64,000 nucleotides of DNA, taken from the NCBI GenBank assembly GCA_013239625.1, contig MU054187.1, forward strand, positions 20,897,280 through 20,961,279. The letters are read 5' to 3'. The number at the start of each line of letters is the position of its first letter. Position 1 is the first letter of the stretch. The position numbers and the translations under genes are program-made. Under the pieces are notes generated by a model. The model made no database searches and had not been told where the DNA came from. It saw only the letters and a program-made list of their open reading frames with translations. Below are positions 1-14,211 of this stretch, in pieces. This DNA is from Lama guanicoe (lineage: Eukaryota).

Positions 1-458
1 CAGGAAAGAATTCAAGAGCGAGCCACAGTTGACTAAAGGCAGATTTATTCAGAGAGATACTCACTCCATAGACAGAGTGTGGGCCATCTCAGAAGGCAAG
101 AGAAAGTGACCACGAGGTGCGGGGCTGCTAGGTTTTATGGGCTCAGTAACGTCATATGCTGACAGTGGGAAGATTATTCCAACCACTTTGGGGCAGAGGT
201 GGGGATTCTCAGGAACTGGGCCCACTTTTTGACCTTTTATGGTCAGCCTCAGAACTGTCATGGCGCCTGTGGGAGTCCCATTTACCATGCTAATATGTTA
301 CAATGAGCATATAATGAAGCTCCTGGTCTACTGGAAGTCAAATCTCCTGCCATCTTGGACCTCAAGGTCTACTGGGAGATGAATCTTCCACAATCTTGGT
401 GCTAATTGCTGTGTTATTCTTTTGATGGCTGTGCCCTGACCCCTTCCCTTCTGTCTCA
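1..458 (-). mobile_element. ERV1-type (MER4-group-like) LTR, cut by the window start
   Basis: Minus strand starts TGAGACAG at 458; AATAAA on minus at 44-49; U5-like GGCTCGCTCTTGAATTCTTTCCTG at 1-24; internal ~41 bp tandem duplication at 319-400. Confidence 0.75.
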
Positions 459-559
459 AGAGTCATAGTGCAATACATTTTTCCCCATTCCCTACCTCCC
501 ATACCAACACCGCATACACACACACCCTCTTTGATACCTACCTCTAATGCAAACTATCC

Positions 560-660
560 TGAGTAAACTCCTTGATGATAGAGATTTTTTTTATTCATAG
601 CTGTATCCATTAAGCCCAAATAGATGTGTAAATACATATTTGTTGAATCAATGAATTAAT
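560..660 (+). mobile_element. L2 3' end fragment
   Basis: GTAAACTCCTTGA...AAATACATATTTGTTGAATCAATGAAT resembles the L2 terminus with a TGAA-type tail. Confidence 0.6.
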
Positions 661-3559
661 TACTGAGTGCTAATGAGACACATCACATGAGACAATGTGG
701 ATGAACAAGGCTAAAACCAACAGGAGGAAAGGAAGAAAATCTTAGAGTATTTTTTAAAAAGTCAGCACACACGTTCAAAGCCTGAGTCTAGAAATAACAT
801 TCTCATTTTTTCTTTTATTCTAGAAAATATTAATCCTAAAGTATTACAAATAATTAGTCTCCTGTTGTTAAAGTTCCCCCACTTCATATAACCTCTGAAA
901 CATCGACATCTTATTTAAAACAACACAAAAGTAAGTTAATCACTGAAAGTTTATTGTAGAATGTGGTATCATCCTTCTCACTACATAGCACGTGGGCCTT
1001 GTCGTTTATTGTAAAGAATCTATTAAGTCTTACTAATTGTGGGGGGAAACTGGCAACCCAGAAAAAAATAGCACACATATACTATCAAAATTTGCTAGAG
1101 GCTTAATTTTTTTTTAATTATTAAATATCTGCCACATTGGCGTTAAATTGAATAATCCATTTGAATAATGGTATCTATGAAACAAAATATAATGGAATTT
1201 TCAGAATAATATGAATTTCTCCTGCAAGCCTCTCAGAAATTCACAATGTCTCAGTGTTTTAATAAAAGAGACAACTCTTTCTTTTGACCTCCTTGTCATT
1301 ATTCTCCCTCACAAAACATAAAGAATACTAAAATTAACCATGTTAGATCAAACCATGTTCGATCAAAGTTCATATATATCTTGAACTCATTTAAGGATAT
1401 ATCTCTTTTTGAAATTTTGGACACTGATTTCCAAACTATGCCAGATGATGAGGTTTTTTTTATATTATTTTCTAATGATTCCCCATGAATCCTAAATATG
1501 TTTTCTTGCAATTAAATAGCTAACATCCTAGTCTTTAACTTGAATGCCTTCCCATAGTACACTTTTATCTCTCACCTGCCATCCTTTGACATTGTTTTGT
1601 CCTTTCGGATACTTAAATTATACCTCTTTGTTTTGGGTATAATTTGCAGCATTCATTTCACACTTACTAGAATCCTCTATCTTTTAAATGTTCAAACAAC
1701 ATTGTTTTCACTGTATTCCTAAGTTTTTGTCCCCAAGAAAGCCCTTCTGATTACAGCAAGGAGTGGTCAGTAGTTCCCCTTCAAATTCTAGGCTCTTCAG
1801 GTGATGAATCAAAACTGAAGCAGCAGCAGTAGCCGACTGGCTTCTGTTACTCGTGATTTCAGAGCTAACAGGGGTTGGCCCCAAGTTAAAACAGGCTTGA
1901 TGTGGCCATACCAGTCAGAGATGAGACAGGAAACTGTACCTGGAGTAGACTCTCTTGATGATCTGGACATGAATTTCATTATAAAATACAAGATAAATTT
2001 GGCTAATAAAGCTAATGATATTAGAAAATGTGTGGATTAATTTTTTAATGTGTGTTTTGTTTCTACATGGTAACAGGTATTAAATGAGAACCTTGGAAGA
2101 AGTAGAAACTTACAATCATCAGGTCTGTTTGTCCTACTTTGAGCGAGTAGCGTTTTTGTTTCAACAATATTGCCTCAAGGCCAAAGATTCCCTTTCATCC
2201 TTCTGCATCTACAGTACGCATCATTAATTTATTTTTTCTTACATTTTTAAAAGCAAAAAGCTAATTGACATGACGATTTCCCTTGATAATATTTCTTTTC
2301 CCATTTCTTGAGATTACAGTGTTAATAAAAGCTGTGATATTTATTAAAATTTTATTCATTTGATGCTTAAATATATTACAGTGAATTATAACATACATGT
2401 GTAGTTCACCTTTTTCATTATTCAAAATGAAAAATAAACTTAAATCACATATGTCTGTATGTTTATATCATGGCTACTTGGCATGAGCAATGAATTGCAC
2501 AAAATATTTTAAAATAATGTCCTATTTACCTTTGTTGGGAGGGTAAAATTTAAATTGCTTTATAGATAATACAATCAGATTATACTGTAGAGAAATGAGC
2601 CATCTAATAACTCACAATAAGTACTGGTAAGTATAAAGGGCATTCTAGGGGCTACATTAACAAGCTGGAAATAAAACTGGAATCTAGGATTTTAAGCAGA
2701 AAAAAGGTATAACACATCACTGGTGAAATAAGCAAGGTCACATTAAAATGAAGAGAGGATCCAGGGTCCATCTGAAATGAAGTTTTTCTTTCAAAGGGAT
2801 GAGTTAGCAGTGGGTGTACATACAAAACAAGCATTGGAGACTCATGTTTTGGCAGGGACCACTGCAGCCCTGTCCAAAGGAGATGGCTCTCCTGCCAGTG
2901 ACTCAATCACACCAGGTCCTCTGGCAAATCTAGTCCTCTCACATTCAGATGCCAGTAAATATCTGGATCATAAGACTTTTCTGTCCTGCTTCAGCAAACT
3001 TCTACATATAATTTGGCTTCCAATGTAGACCTGCTTAAAGGATTATTGTGCTGGCCGTGTTTCTGTAAATATTCATGTCCACACGATAGCTCTATTTCCT
3101 TTTGGAAATTAGCAACTGGCAGTCTGGTTTTACATATCCTTTTTTTGTGATGTGTAATTTGAGTTCATGCTCTGATACATGGTAAGGGCTAAAAGCTATT
3201 CATTGCATTAAATGAATAGATAAGAGACAGATCCACATGCATGGTGATCATAAGATAAATACTGTGAATCTGAGACGTGAGGGCCAAGTGAATTCTTCAC
3301 GGTATAAGATGACAGGTGAGAGTTCTCGGCAATCTGACCACCTTCTTTTCCAGGGGGTACATTTTCTCATGCAGTGTTTTTCCTTTACATTTTAACAGAT
3401 TGGATCACTGTTTCTAGAGCAACAAAAATATTTTTGTACTATCGCATATGTAAAGAGAGAACAATACCCACTCTAAAAACAGCTAAATATCATGGATCAA
3501 AAATACACATTTATGTATGTTCTTTTCCAAAACTTAGCTTTTTTAAAAGGTATTCTTTT

Positions 3560-3935
3560 AAGGACGTAAACCCACCAGGTCAAATATAACAGTAAAAGAG
3601 ACAGCAGAACATAAGTTTAGAATCTGAAGGCAGAAAAATAGGTGGGAAATAATTTAGCAAAAACAAAAGAAGCAAACAAACAGACAAGACCCTGTATTTA
3701 GAGTTAGTGATAAAGCGGAAGTGGAGGATAAATTTATTCTGCAGAACTTCTAATAAGCCCAGAAGCAGGTGGCTCCTAGAGGCAGAAATGAAAGCTACAA
3801 TGACATAGGAGGGCTGGCCAAAGTTCTTTTGAGAAGGGGTTAGGTCACCCTGTGCATTCCCACACCCACATCACTCAGGTGGGTGATGGACCTACCCACC
3901 CTGGCAGAAAACTGAAGTTCAGTTCTCTGCAAGAG
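3560..3935 (+). mobile_element. Possible old L1M/HAL1 5'-region fragment
   Basis: Diverged resemblance only; no diagnostic terminus. Confidence 0.3.
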
Positions 3936-4764
3936 AGCAAATCAGTCTTAAAAAGCCAAACTCAGTCCCCAAACCTCTGGGTCTCGCTGTTTTTGGAGCT
4001 ACCAGCTGTGATAGAGGAACAAGATAATGATAATACTGGGAACCATCAGACCCCATAGGTAGAATATTCTACAGTCTAAGTAAACTGGCTTCTTCTGCAA
4101 AAGCTCAATGGGCCAAAAAAAAAAGCTTTAATGATAAGTGGTGAAACATTTTTTATAATGAAAAGGAATTATACACATATGCACATAAAAAATTAAATGA
4201 GACAGGCAGATTTTGGATCTTGATTCAAACAAGCCAACTATTGAAAGAAATCTTCAAGGCAATGGGGAAAATATGAATTAGGGTCTAGGAAGAGAATTCT
4301 GATGCTATGTTTGCCTAATATGTAGATTACCCAAAGTGGAAGAAAATACATATATTTAATAGCATATTAATAATTGTAAACATGTTTACCACAGTTTGAT
4401 AATGGTCTCAAACCAAGAAGATGTGAATAAAAATAAATATCGACATACACAATTAAGTTCTTAAAACCAGCTAAATCATATTTAAAAGCAAGTAATATAA
4501 TTGTGTTTGAGCTATTAGAAGAGCAATATCAGCAGACATATTTGGGTTGGTTGCCCAGAAAGCTAGTGCAGTATTGTCCTTCATCAATAAGCATATCTTC
4601 CCCGAATGTAACACTGAATATGTGCTGCATTATACTCCGGTCAGACCACATCAGAAATGCCACCCTGAATATAAAGACTTGGTTCTTATCAGACTGATTT
4701 TCTCACTATCTGCTTAAAAATATATTATTACTTTAAAGTAAGGCTAATTAGTATAGAATTTACT

Positions 4765-6240
4765 ACAATAAAATATATTCTTTTTTAATGTAAAGTTCTA
4801 TGACTTTTTATAAGTACACCTAATTATGGAATCGCCACTACAATCATTATATGGAATTGTGTTATTACTGCAAAAATTTCTCTCAAAATCCTTTTAGCCA
4901 TAACCTTCCCCTGTCCTCTGCCCCTGGACACCAACAATCAGTTTTCTGTCCCAATAGTTTGTATTTCCAAGAATAGTAAATAAATACTAGATAAAAGTAT
5001 GTCATCTGTTTGGCTCCTTTCACTTACTACGATTCATTCTCACTGAATCTTTTGTATTTTCACCTGTATCAGTAGTTAATTCCTTTTTCTTGTGGAGCAA
5101 TATTCCATTGTGCAGATGTACCATAGGTTTGGTTTTGTTTTCTTTTGATTTTTTTAATCCATTCACAACTGAAGAGGATGTTTGAGTGGTTTTCAGTTTG
5201 GGGCTCTTATGAGCGAAGTCACCATAAATATTCATGTATGGGTTTTTGTGTGAACAAAAGTCTTTATTTTTCTAAAATAAATACTCAAAAGTAGGATTAC
5301 TGAGTCACATGGTGTGTGTGTATATTTAACGTTACAGGAAACTGGCAGACTGTTATGCAAAGGAGATGTAACATTTTGGATTCTCACGCACATTGTACAA
5401 ATGTTTTTCCACATCCTAGTCAGCATTTGTTATTGGCAGTTTCTGTGATTTTAGCCATTATTTTAGAGGTATACTGCATCTGATTGTGATTAATTTGCAT
5501 TTCCATGATGACAAATGATGCTGAGTTGCTTATTTGCCATCTGTACATTTTCTTTTCTGAAGTGTCTGCTCAAATCTTTTGCCCAATTGTTAAATTGGTT
5601 TGGCTTATTATTTGCTTTTGAGAGCTCTTTATATACTCTGGATACAACTTCCTTATCAGATTCGTCTTGCAAACACCATTTCCCAGTCTGATGGCTTTGT
5701 CTTTTCATTTTCTTAACAGAGTCTTTTGCAGAACAAAAGTTATTCATTTCTATGAATCTTAACCTTTTCCTTTTTTAAAAAAAACAAATTGTGCTTTTGG
5801 TATTGTATCTAAGTCATCCTTCCGTAACTCAAGGTTATAAATTTATTTCTTTCCTAGAAGTTTTACAGTTTTAGAATTTATATTTAGGTCTATAAATAAT
5901 TTTTTGTTAGTTATTTTATATGGTACAGGGCATGGGTTGAGGTTTATTACTTTACATATGGATGTCTGGTTAGTCTAACACAACTTGTTGAAAACACTAT
6001 TCTTTCTTCATTGAATTGCCTTTGGAGTTTTGTAGAAACTCAGTTGACTATATATGGGTCTATTTCCAGATTCTCTTCCTGTTTCATTGATCAATGTGTC
6101 AATCCTTTCACCAATACCAGTCTTGATTACTCTAACTTGGCAACAATTCTCAAAATTGAACAGTTACGAATCATCCAACTTTATTCTTCTTACTTAAAAT
6201 TATTTGGCCATTCTAGTTTTTCTAGCCTCCCCTATCTTTT
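4765..6240 (-). mobile_element. Old L1 (L1MC/L1MD-like), ORF2 3' part plus 3' UTR
   Basis: Minus-strand ORF remnants NNFCSAKDSVKKMKRQ, NNWAKDLSRHFRKENVQMANK and PCDSVILLLSIY match the L1 ORF2 C-terminus; many stops and frameshifts. Confidence 0.85.
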
Positions 6241-6455
6241 TGTATTCTTTTCTCTTTTTTTTCTATATTTTTGTTGTTGTTGATTACTTTGGAACAAATT
6301 TTCTATCTTAAATAGTAAACCTTAAAAATATAGTAATATAAGTATAACTCCACATCAGTCATAAGAACTTTGTCCTTGGCTTTGTTGCTGTAATAGTTTG
6401 TAATTTTTTCCTCACTTGAAACATTCCTATCAAACATTCCCAACAATGTCCTCAC

Positions 6456-6704
6456 CTGTGCCAGTCATGATTCCAGAGGAAAACAGAAGGCACGTTGGGT
6501 TGGAATTCCAAAGAGACTAAAGAGATGAAAACACAAAGAATTCAACATACTTTTTCTTGGATATGCCTCTTATTACCTGAAACTTGCTACAAAACATGGG
6601 AGAAGATATTCAGATATTACAACCCAAGGAGATAATCAGGGCACAGCTCACCGCAGAACAGGGCAGACAATGGACCTAGGGAGCAAATGGAGAAGAGCTG
6701 CCCA
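6456..6704 (-). mobile_element. LTR33-like ERVL LTR, internally deleted
   Basis: TGTGCCAGTCATGATTCCAGAGGAAAACAGAAGGCAC start and GGACCTAGGGAGCAAATGGAGAAGAGCTGCCCA end resemble the reverse-complement ends of LTR33. Confidence 0.5.
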
Positions 6705-9586
6705 GAAACCTGTTCCATCCAGAATTCTGACTGCAGCTCAAGTGTATCTCCACAGCTCACAAATTTTAACCTCAAAACTATAAAACACTGTAATTATACA
6801 TCATTTTAGAGACTGCAGAGAAAACCAATGATCCAGTTTAATAGAGACCATCTTGCTTTTTCTCAGCAGAAAGGCTGTTTTTAAACATATGAGTATTTAA
6901 AATATAATCTATAGAAATGATATGATAAATGTGATGATAATTAAAAATGTAAGTAGAAACTTTTGAGATTGTTTTTCTATTCATTCTACTTTATTTTTTT
7001 ATTTTATTTTTTTTTTTACAATGAGTTGCTCTTTGCATTATTTTGAATTTTCAAGGCTGGCTTTGGTCTCTGAATCATCCCAGAGTGGTTGCTGCTCAAT
7101 TGGAGTCTAATGACTTCCATCCCTAAATGCTGACAACTGTTTCTGGGCCAGTTATTTTCTTCATGGATTCAACATCCCTCATCACATGAACGCTTCTACC
7201 TCTCCCTACTTTGTACCTCAGAATATCCAGAAAAGAAATAGCAAGTGAAATTGTTTGGCTTCTAATTTGATGTTAAAAGGGGCTTTACTAATCAGGGCTC
7301 TATTTTTACCAAATTTATAGGACAGTGTAAATATCCATGATCTATAACCCATTGTATATAAGCAAGTTGAAGAGCTTCAACATATGTTGCACCCTCTCTG
7401 TGTCTCATTGTCCACCAAATCCCATCAAATTATAGCCTTGATTCTCCTCATAATGGGGCCTAGGGGGAGAAGATGCCGGTAGGAAGCACTGCTTACACTT
7501 AAAGTTGAGACCTGGCTACAAACGAATGCATTTTCAAAGTCCCCTGGTGGAGGGCAGCACATACAGGTATGGGGGGATTTTAGGTTCATAAAAAAAGATA
7601 GTAATGGGGACAGACAGAAGGAGAACAGATATAGTTATAAATGATACATTTTATTAAAAAAGAAAATAAGGGCTAGTTTAAGGGAGCAATCACAATAACT
7701 GGAAAAACTTAAATATGAACTAACAAAATAACAGTATAATAACATGTCTCTTTGCAAATGTATATTATTTAAATTTTACCAAATGAGTTCTGGTACGTAT
7801 GACAACCAAACCATATTAAATAAATGTGTATCAATATAGGCTCTTTTGAGAAAACATCTGAATATTAATGATATAAATCCTTCTGTGATTACTGCGGAGT
7901 ATATAAGTAACTATCAATCCTCAGATCTAGAGGACTAATGAGTTTGCAATCTTCAAATTATTCTTGGCAAAAAATTGAGTAAAAATTATGTCCAAATTTA
8001 TATTTTATCTAAGTTAGTATTAAATTATCAACTTTGAGCTGAATTTTATATCTATGATGTAAGCAAAATAATTTGACTTACTGTGTTAATTATACAATTG
8101 TGTTTCATATTTAAGAGATGTCATGTTTATAAAGGTTTTATCTATCAGTCCATTCACTACAGAAATACTGATGATAAAACCTACAGGCAACAATTTTGAA
8201 AATGTAAGAACAAAATTAAGACGTATCACAACTGTCATATGATCTGAATTGTATTCAGCATCAATGCTTTGTTTTATTGTCTAATATGTCCTATTTGTAT
8301 CAGCAGCAAAAATTTTATAGTAAGTATACATAAAAGAGCTTATGAAAAAATAAACTAAAAAGTGAAGAAAGAAGAAGCAAAAAAGGTTCTTAATTTTCAA
8401 TGTATGAGTTAGTTGATAATATGAATGTGATAATACAGGACATAAAATTAGAGAAATGCCTGATTTAGAACAGATTGCACTTTTAGCATATGTGTTTCAT
8501 GGAAATTTTGCTAAAAGCTCATTTTTTATTATTTTAATTAGAAACTTGTATATTAGAAATATGTATGATTCAGGATTATTTAGCCTAAATGCATAAAAAT
8601 GTCTGATTGGTAATATTAATCTGCTGTCTTATTAAGTCTTCTAATACTTGAAATTATTTCTTACATTGACAGATAAAAATTATATTGCTATTGATATTTG
8701 GTATGCCGCCCTAAGAAATTTTTATTGCTTCCTCTGTCCCTTCATGCATGACATCACTTTATCCATTACTCAGGTGATTCTCTGTTGAGACTCTTCCTTG
8801 GTCTTACCCAATAATTCATTAAAAATTTCCCTAGCACACATGTATATAAATGTGCTTAAAGCCCAGCCAGAAGGAAACACTCACTCTTATTTCAGTGTGA
8901 TTGAAGCTCTAATTATTTTTCACCAGGAACTCTTGGGCAATTTTATTAAATCTTACATCCTAGTCCTGTGTCATTGCCATGCAATTTTGTGAGCCTGAAA
9001 TACTCGATACATATCTACTTAAAGACTGCAGAATATTGCCCTGTGATAATTGCAGAGTTTTACATGTTTGTAAATGGCAAGAAACTTTTTTGCTGCCTTT
9101 AGAAAATGCTAATAGCAAAAGCACTATACAAAATAATAAATGAAATAAAAAGAAAGAGAAAAAAAAGAAAAGTACAAAGAAAAATTCAGATCTGAAAAAA
9201 AAATCAGATAACCTGAAAAATGAATTTAAAATCAAATAAATGAATGAAAAGGCAAAATAGAGTTTAATTTTAAATGAATATTTAATTGAATGGATTTGAA
9301 ACTGGGATGAATTATATCAGCCATTTATAATAAATCCTAGGCATATTAAACCTAAGTAAGTTTGAGAAGCACCACATATTCTTTGTCTTGGATGTTCACC
9401 TTCATACTTCATTTCCAAATTAAAAACAGGAAGAAGTTAAGTGATTAAGTACTTTAACTTTTCTTAATCCGGTGTTTTACCTCAAAGAATTAGTTTTCTG
9501 TAAAACACCGCACAGCAGACAGTAGTTTATCTTTCTGCTACATTTGCTTTGTCTCAAATCTCCTACACCTACTTGGGATCTCTAAC

Positions 9587-10206
9587 AGTTTTCCATTGCT
9601 GCCTGTAAAATATGACCACAAATTTAGTGACCACGAACAGCACGACATTCATTTATTATCTCCTAGAGGCATAGTTCAGAGTCCTGGAATAACGTGGCTC
9701 AGCCAGTTCTCTGCTCTGCTTATACGAGGCCACATTTAAGGTGTGGGAAGGTCTGCATTCCTTTCTAGAGGCTCTGGAGATGGATCCTTCCCTAAACTCA
9801 TTCAGGTTACTGGCAGAATTCAGGCCCCTGTTTCTCTGCTGACTGTCAGCTGGAGGGTCCCTTTTAGTTTAGGGAGGCCACCTGCATTTCTCGGCTCATA
9901 CCTTCTGCATCCTCAAAGCAAGTGATGGCGGGCTGAGTCTTTCTCACTCTTCAAATCTCTGAGCCCTATTCTGCCTCACCTCTCCTCTCTTCCAGCAGGA
10001 GAAATTTCTCTGATTTCAAGGGCTCATGTGATTAGATTGAACCCACTCAGATGATCCAGGATAAATCCCCAACTTCAGCATTTCTCACCTTAACCACATC
10101 TGTAGAGCCCCTTTTGCTGAGGAGGTAACATATTCGTAGGTTGCAGGGATCATTGTGAAGACATATTAAGGGGAGGGAAGGCATGAGTCTCTATCATATT
10201 ACCTAC
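9587..10206 (-). mobile_element. MaLR LTR (MLT1E-like)
   Basis: TTTCCATTGCTGCCTGTAAAA...ACCACAAATTTAGTG, GGAGGCTCT-type core, and ACATCTGTAGAGCCCCTTTTGC...AGGTAACATATTC are typical of reverse-strand MLT1. Confidence 0.8.
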
Positions 10207-10529
10207 CTTTCCTCCAGCCTTCTTTATCTCTAGTCCTCTCAAAAATCTGGCCACTACAACACATTCCTCAAGAAAAAAACCAAGAATGATGAGCTCACTT
10301 CCACCTTTGTTTTTGTTCATCCCTTTACCTGGGCTTGAAATACCTTTCTTATTATAACCTGGTTGTCCTGCCCTCCCTTCTCTCTGTGGCTCAACTCAAA
10401 TTCTACCCACATGAGTTCTTTACTCTTTTTTTGGTCTGCAAATTCTATACCTGAAATAATTTATAGAACTCAATCAGCTTTGGGGTCTTTTCTTAGAATA
10501 TGCAGTCTTCTAGAGAACCACCATTATTC

Positions 10530-10750
10530 AAGCCCTGAAGTCAAATTGCCTGTATTCAAATCCTGTTTCTGTCACTACCTTAGAGTATACATGCTACTTT
10601 CTCTGCTCATAAAATGTGGCTAAAACAATCACACCCATCTCTTAGCTTTTGTGCATTGGTGGGAGGATTACTGAAGTAACATACTTGAAAAATGTGGAAC
10701 AGCCTGGCAAATGGAAAGCCCTCGACGACAGTTATTACAATGATTTTATC
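10530..10750 (+). mobile_element. MIR SINE
   Basis: TTCAAATCCTG B-box remnant, CATAAAATG core, GAGGATTACTGAAGTAACATA, L2-like tail. Confidence 0.7.
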
Positions 10751-10809
10751 ATTTTATGTGTATCTCTAACACGTTCCCAAGGGCTACTCAAGTACCTGGG
10801 GCATCTGTA

Positions 10810-11345
10810 AAGTTGTGTTTCAGCTGCAGAGTAACTGAAACGCCCCACTCAGACTGGCTTAATTAATACGAAGATGTATTTTGTACGTTGTAGGAAATCC
10901 AGAAACAGGGAGTGGTCTACAGGTCATTTGATGCAGTGAGAACCCCAGTTTGTTTCAATTCCTCTGCTCCATCATTCACCACAGAGCTTCATTCTCACAA
11001 CTACAGCAAAAAGTTCTCTACTATTGCCAGGGTCACATTCACACTTCATAACTCAGCCAAACCCAAAAGAAGAAGAGACACCATTGTTCCGTCTTCCTTT
11101 CTAGAGTGTGAACATTTTCCCCAAAGACCCACAATCTACTTCTCATTTTATTGGCCTGAAGTAGTTCACGTATGTATAAGTGAACCCCCGGGACCAGAAG
11201 AGTACTAGCTTTCCCTAAGGCTGGGTGGGGTTCATGGTGGAAAAGTGGAGTTGGGATGCAAGGAAGGAGTGGGGGATATTTTTAAAAGGCAAGTGTCTTC
11301 AGAAAAGGAAGACGAGAGAATGGCTGCAGGATAGACCACCAATAT
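10810..11345 (-). mobile_element. MaLR LTR (MLT1J/K/L-like)
   Basis: TTTCAGCTGCAGAGTAACTGAAAC...ACTCAGACTGGCTTAA start; TCATTTTATTGGCCTGAA; AATGGCTGCAGGATAGACCACCAA end. Confidence 0.65.
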
Positions 11346-12538
11346 GTTCACTTCTATGAGGAATGTATGCTTATGTCACCATAGTACCTATAATTGTCCC
11401 GCTCAAGAGTTCGTGGAGTATTATTAATACCGATGTTGTTGATGTTGAAATGTTTCAAATAATACACAAGTTTTGATTAGCTTCCAAATGTGCAATTATC
11501 CATTTTGTAGCATGTTCAAGATCAATCTACTTATTCATTGATTTTATTACTTAATTGTGTCAAATTCCTTCTCAATAAACATGCATCTTTCAAGAGCTGA
11601 TTTTTGGCAAGTTGATTCTTAATCCTTCAAGTATGCTGTCAAAAACGAGGAAATACACAGCACTGAAGCCACAGGTTTCTGGTTGACAACAGTAGCCCCA
11701 TTTCATCTCAGGTCACTCTGGTTCCTTTGTGTCACTCCCTCTTTACCCACTTACACACAAAACACACAGTCTACCGCGCACCACAGCACATTCATTGACT
11801 GACTTCATTATACTTATTTCAAAGTTGCATGGAGAAAATTATCTGAAGGGAAAGATATTTCTCTCATTCATACCCTTCCTCTAATGATGACTGGCCCTTC
11901 TCCTCCCTTCATTTCTCTTACTGAGGAGATGTTCTAGAACCAGATCCACTTATATCCCAGTGGTCTCGCTATTTCAAGTAGAAAGATCAGAGCAGAGTTT
12001 TACACCTCCCTTGGATCCTTCCCCATCTATAGTATTTCTAGTAGAAATACCTTGGGAAAATGTTATGGGACAGGAATTGTGTCATTTGCTGTGAGAAAAC
12101 TAAAAGTGTTACAATATAAACTCCTGGTTCCTGGGTAAGCTAGAGTGTTACTGTGGAAGCATCTTGGATATACATGCAAGTAATTCAAAAATATATACAG
12201 TAGTATTTAATTTTGTATTAAATAGATCATACTAAATATACATCTCATAAAAGTTTTTAAAAGGCAGAAATTATTATGATTTGTACAAACTGGAAGAACT
12301 TGGGAATCGACAAGTGAGTTCTTTTAATACTTTTATTCCTTAAATTAACTTCACTTGAACTAACATGATATCTGCAATTAAGATTATGATAAAATTTAAA
12401 AAATTTTATAGTACATTTGGTTGCATGAAAGACTCACATATTATATGGCTAATTTCAAAAAAAGGCATCAGGTTGGACAGTCCAACCTGAGACTAAACAT
12501 GGAAAACACTAACACGATCTTAGGAATGAATCCCTACA

Positions 12539-12700
12539 CAGAATTTCTGTTTGGAAAGGCTGGAAATAGTGGTGATGGATACACAACATTGTGAATGTAC
12601 TTAATGTCACTGAATTGGACATGGTTAAACCATATTTTTTAACCACAAAAATGGTTAAAAGAGTACATTTCATGTGATGTATATTTTGCCACAATAAAAG
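12539..12700 (+). mobile_element. L1MB-like 3' end
   Basis: ATAGTGGTGATGGATACACAACATTGTGAATGTACTTAATGTCACTGAATTG...TATATTTTGCCACAATAAAA. Confidence 0.8.
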
Positions 12701-14211
12701 GAACAATTTGTATTCCAAATAAATAAATACATCCCTAGGTGTTCCATTAAAATGTTTAACAATGAACCCATGCAAACTGACCTTGGGAATAAATGAAGAA
12801 AATGCAAAAACAGAAAATCAACGTTAAATATAGACACCGCTTTGAAATTTCAAAATACAACAAAATCATCAATTATCTTTATTTGGCAAAGGGAAGGCAA
12901 TAACAGTAAAATGCATATCGGCACCAACTGTGATGTGAAATTTAAGGCTCTAAAACCCCATTAAAATCAGCCTGGTAATGACGCACCATATGCACTGATC
13001 TACAGTTGCCTGAGGATCCCTAACCTGTGGCTTCTTTCTCTCTGTCACATTACCTTGTTAAATAAGGATGAGTTGAGAATGTTTGTTTAAGTACTCATAA
13101 GATTGTAGATAAAATAAAGATTGGCAATTTTAGCAACGTGTATTTTTCTTCCTGCCTTATGATACACTCTCTCCGTACATATATGTATCTGTCTTCATTT
13201 GCCAGGTATGATTGTTTCTAAATTTTAAATACCATGTAAGAAAAGCTGTTTTTATGGAGTAAAACAAATTAGTCATTCTGACGACACATTTATACATGCA
13301 TTCTGGTAAGGGAACTGGTTTAATATGTTGATTACAGAGGCCTATTAATCAAAGTGCTGATCAGATATGATAACGCAAATGATCCATATTTCATCACCAT
13401 CTTCCAAGGCGCCCAGTTTTCACACTTCTTTATTATTCACCTTTATAAATAATTCAGGGCCCATTCTCTTTTCCATACACTTACATCTCTTTCATTAACA
13501 CCTGTGAAAGCTGGGATTTTATACCGACGGTAGAAAAACCTGCAGCTATGGCTGAACATTTTCTTCCTTTTTTTTTTTTTTTAGCTCTGAGAAATTATTA
13601 ATAAAGAAGCTCTGGGTGTATGAGATAAGTAAAATAACACTTTTATTTACATGTTCTGGACAAATTGATTATTCACATTATTTTCCTTTTCCAGGCTTAG
13701 TGGTTTGTCTTACTAAATAGGCATGCTGCCTCTAGGATTTTCCCAGGAGGAGAAAACCATCTTTGAAGTTAGTACATACAGCTATGTAGTTACTTTTAAG
13801 GCTTGAAATCTGATGCATGAAATTTTTAAGGCTGCATGTATGAAATTTCTTCTCCACCAGGTTAATTGACCAATCATCCATATTGTGAAATACATTACAC
13901 ATTCTTAGGGGTCTGGCATTACTTACTTTCAGAAGTAATTCATTAAAATTCCTTGCTATCAAGTGACATACTCACAGGAACCTTAAATTGTATTACTTGA
14001 AGATGCTACAAGTCAACTGTTCTATTCTCACATGGCATTTTCCCTTCTCTTTCTCCCTCCTTTCTTTCAGATGAATTATTCTAGAAAACTCTCACACTTT
14101 TTTTAAGAGGAAAAGGGATTTAAATTGATACTGACCTCCTCCTACTTTCTATCCATCTGCTTTCACCCCACCCCCCATTATTATTATTTTTTTGATGATA
14201 TATCATTGTGC

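Noticed and set aside
13681..14110. Plus-strand acceptor-like sites at 13694 and 14070
   Set aside because: All three frames after 13694 close quickly and there is no strong paired donor; polypyrimidine-AG sites are common by chance. A non-coding exon cannot be excluded
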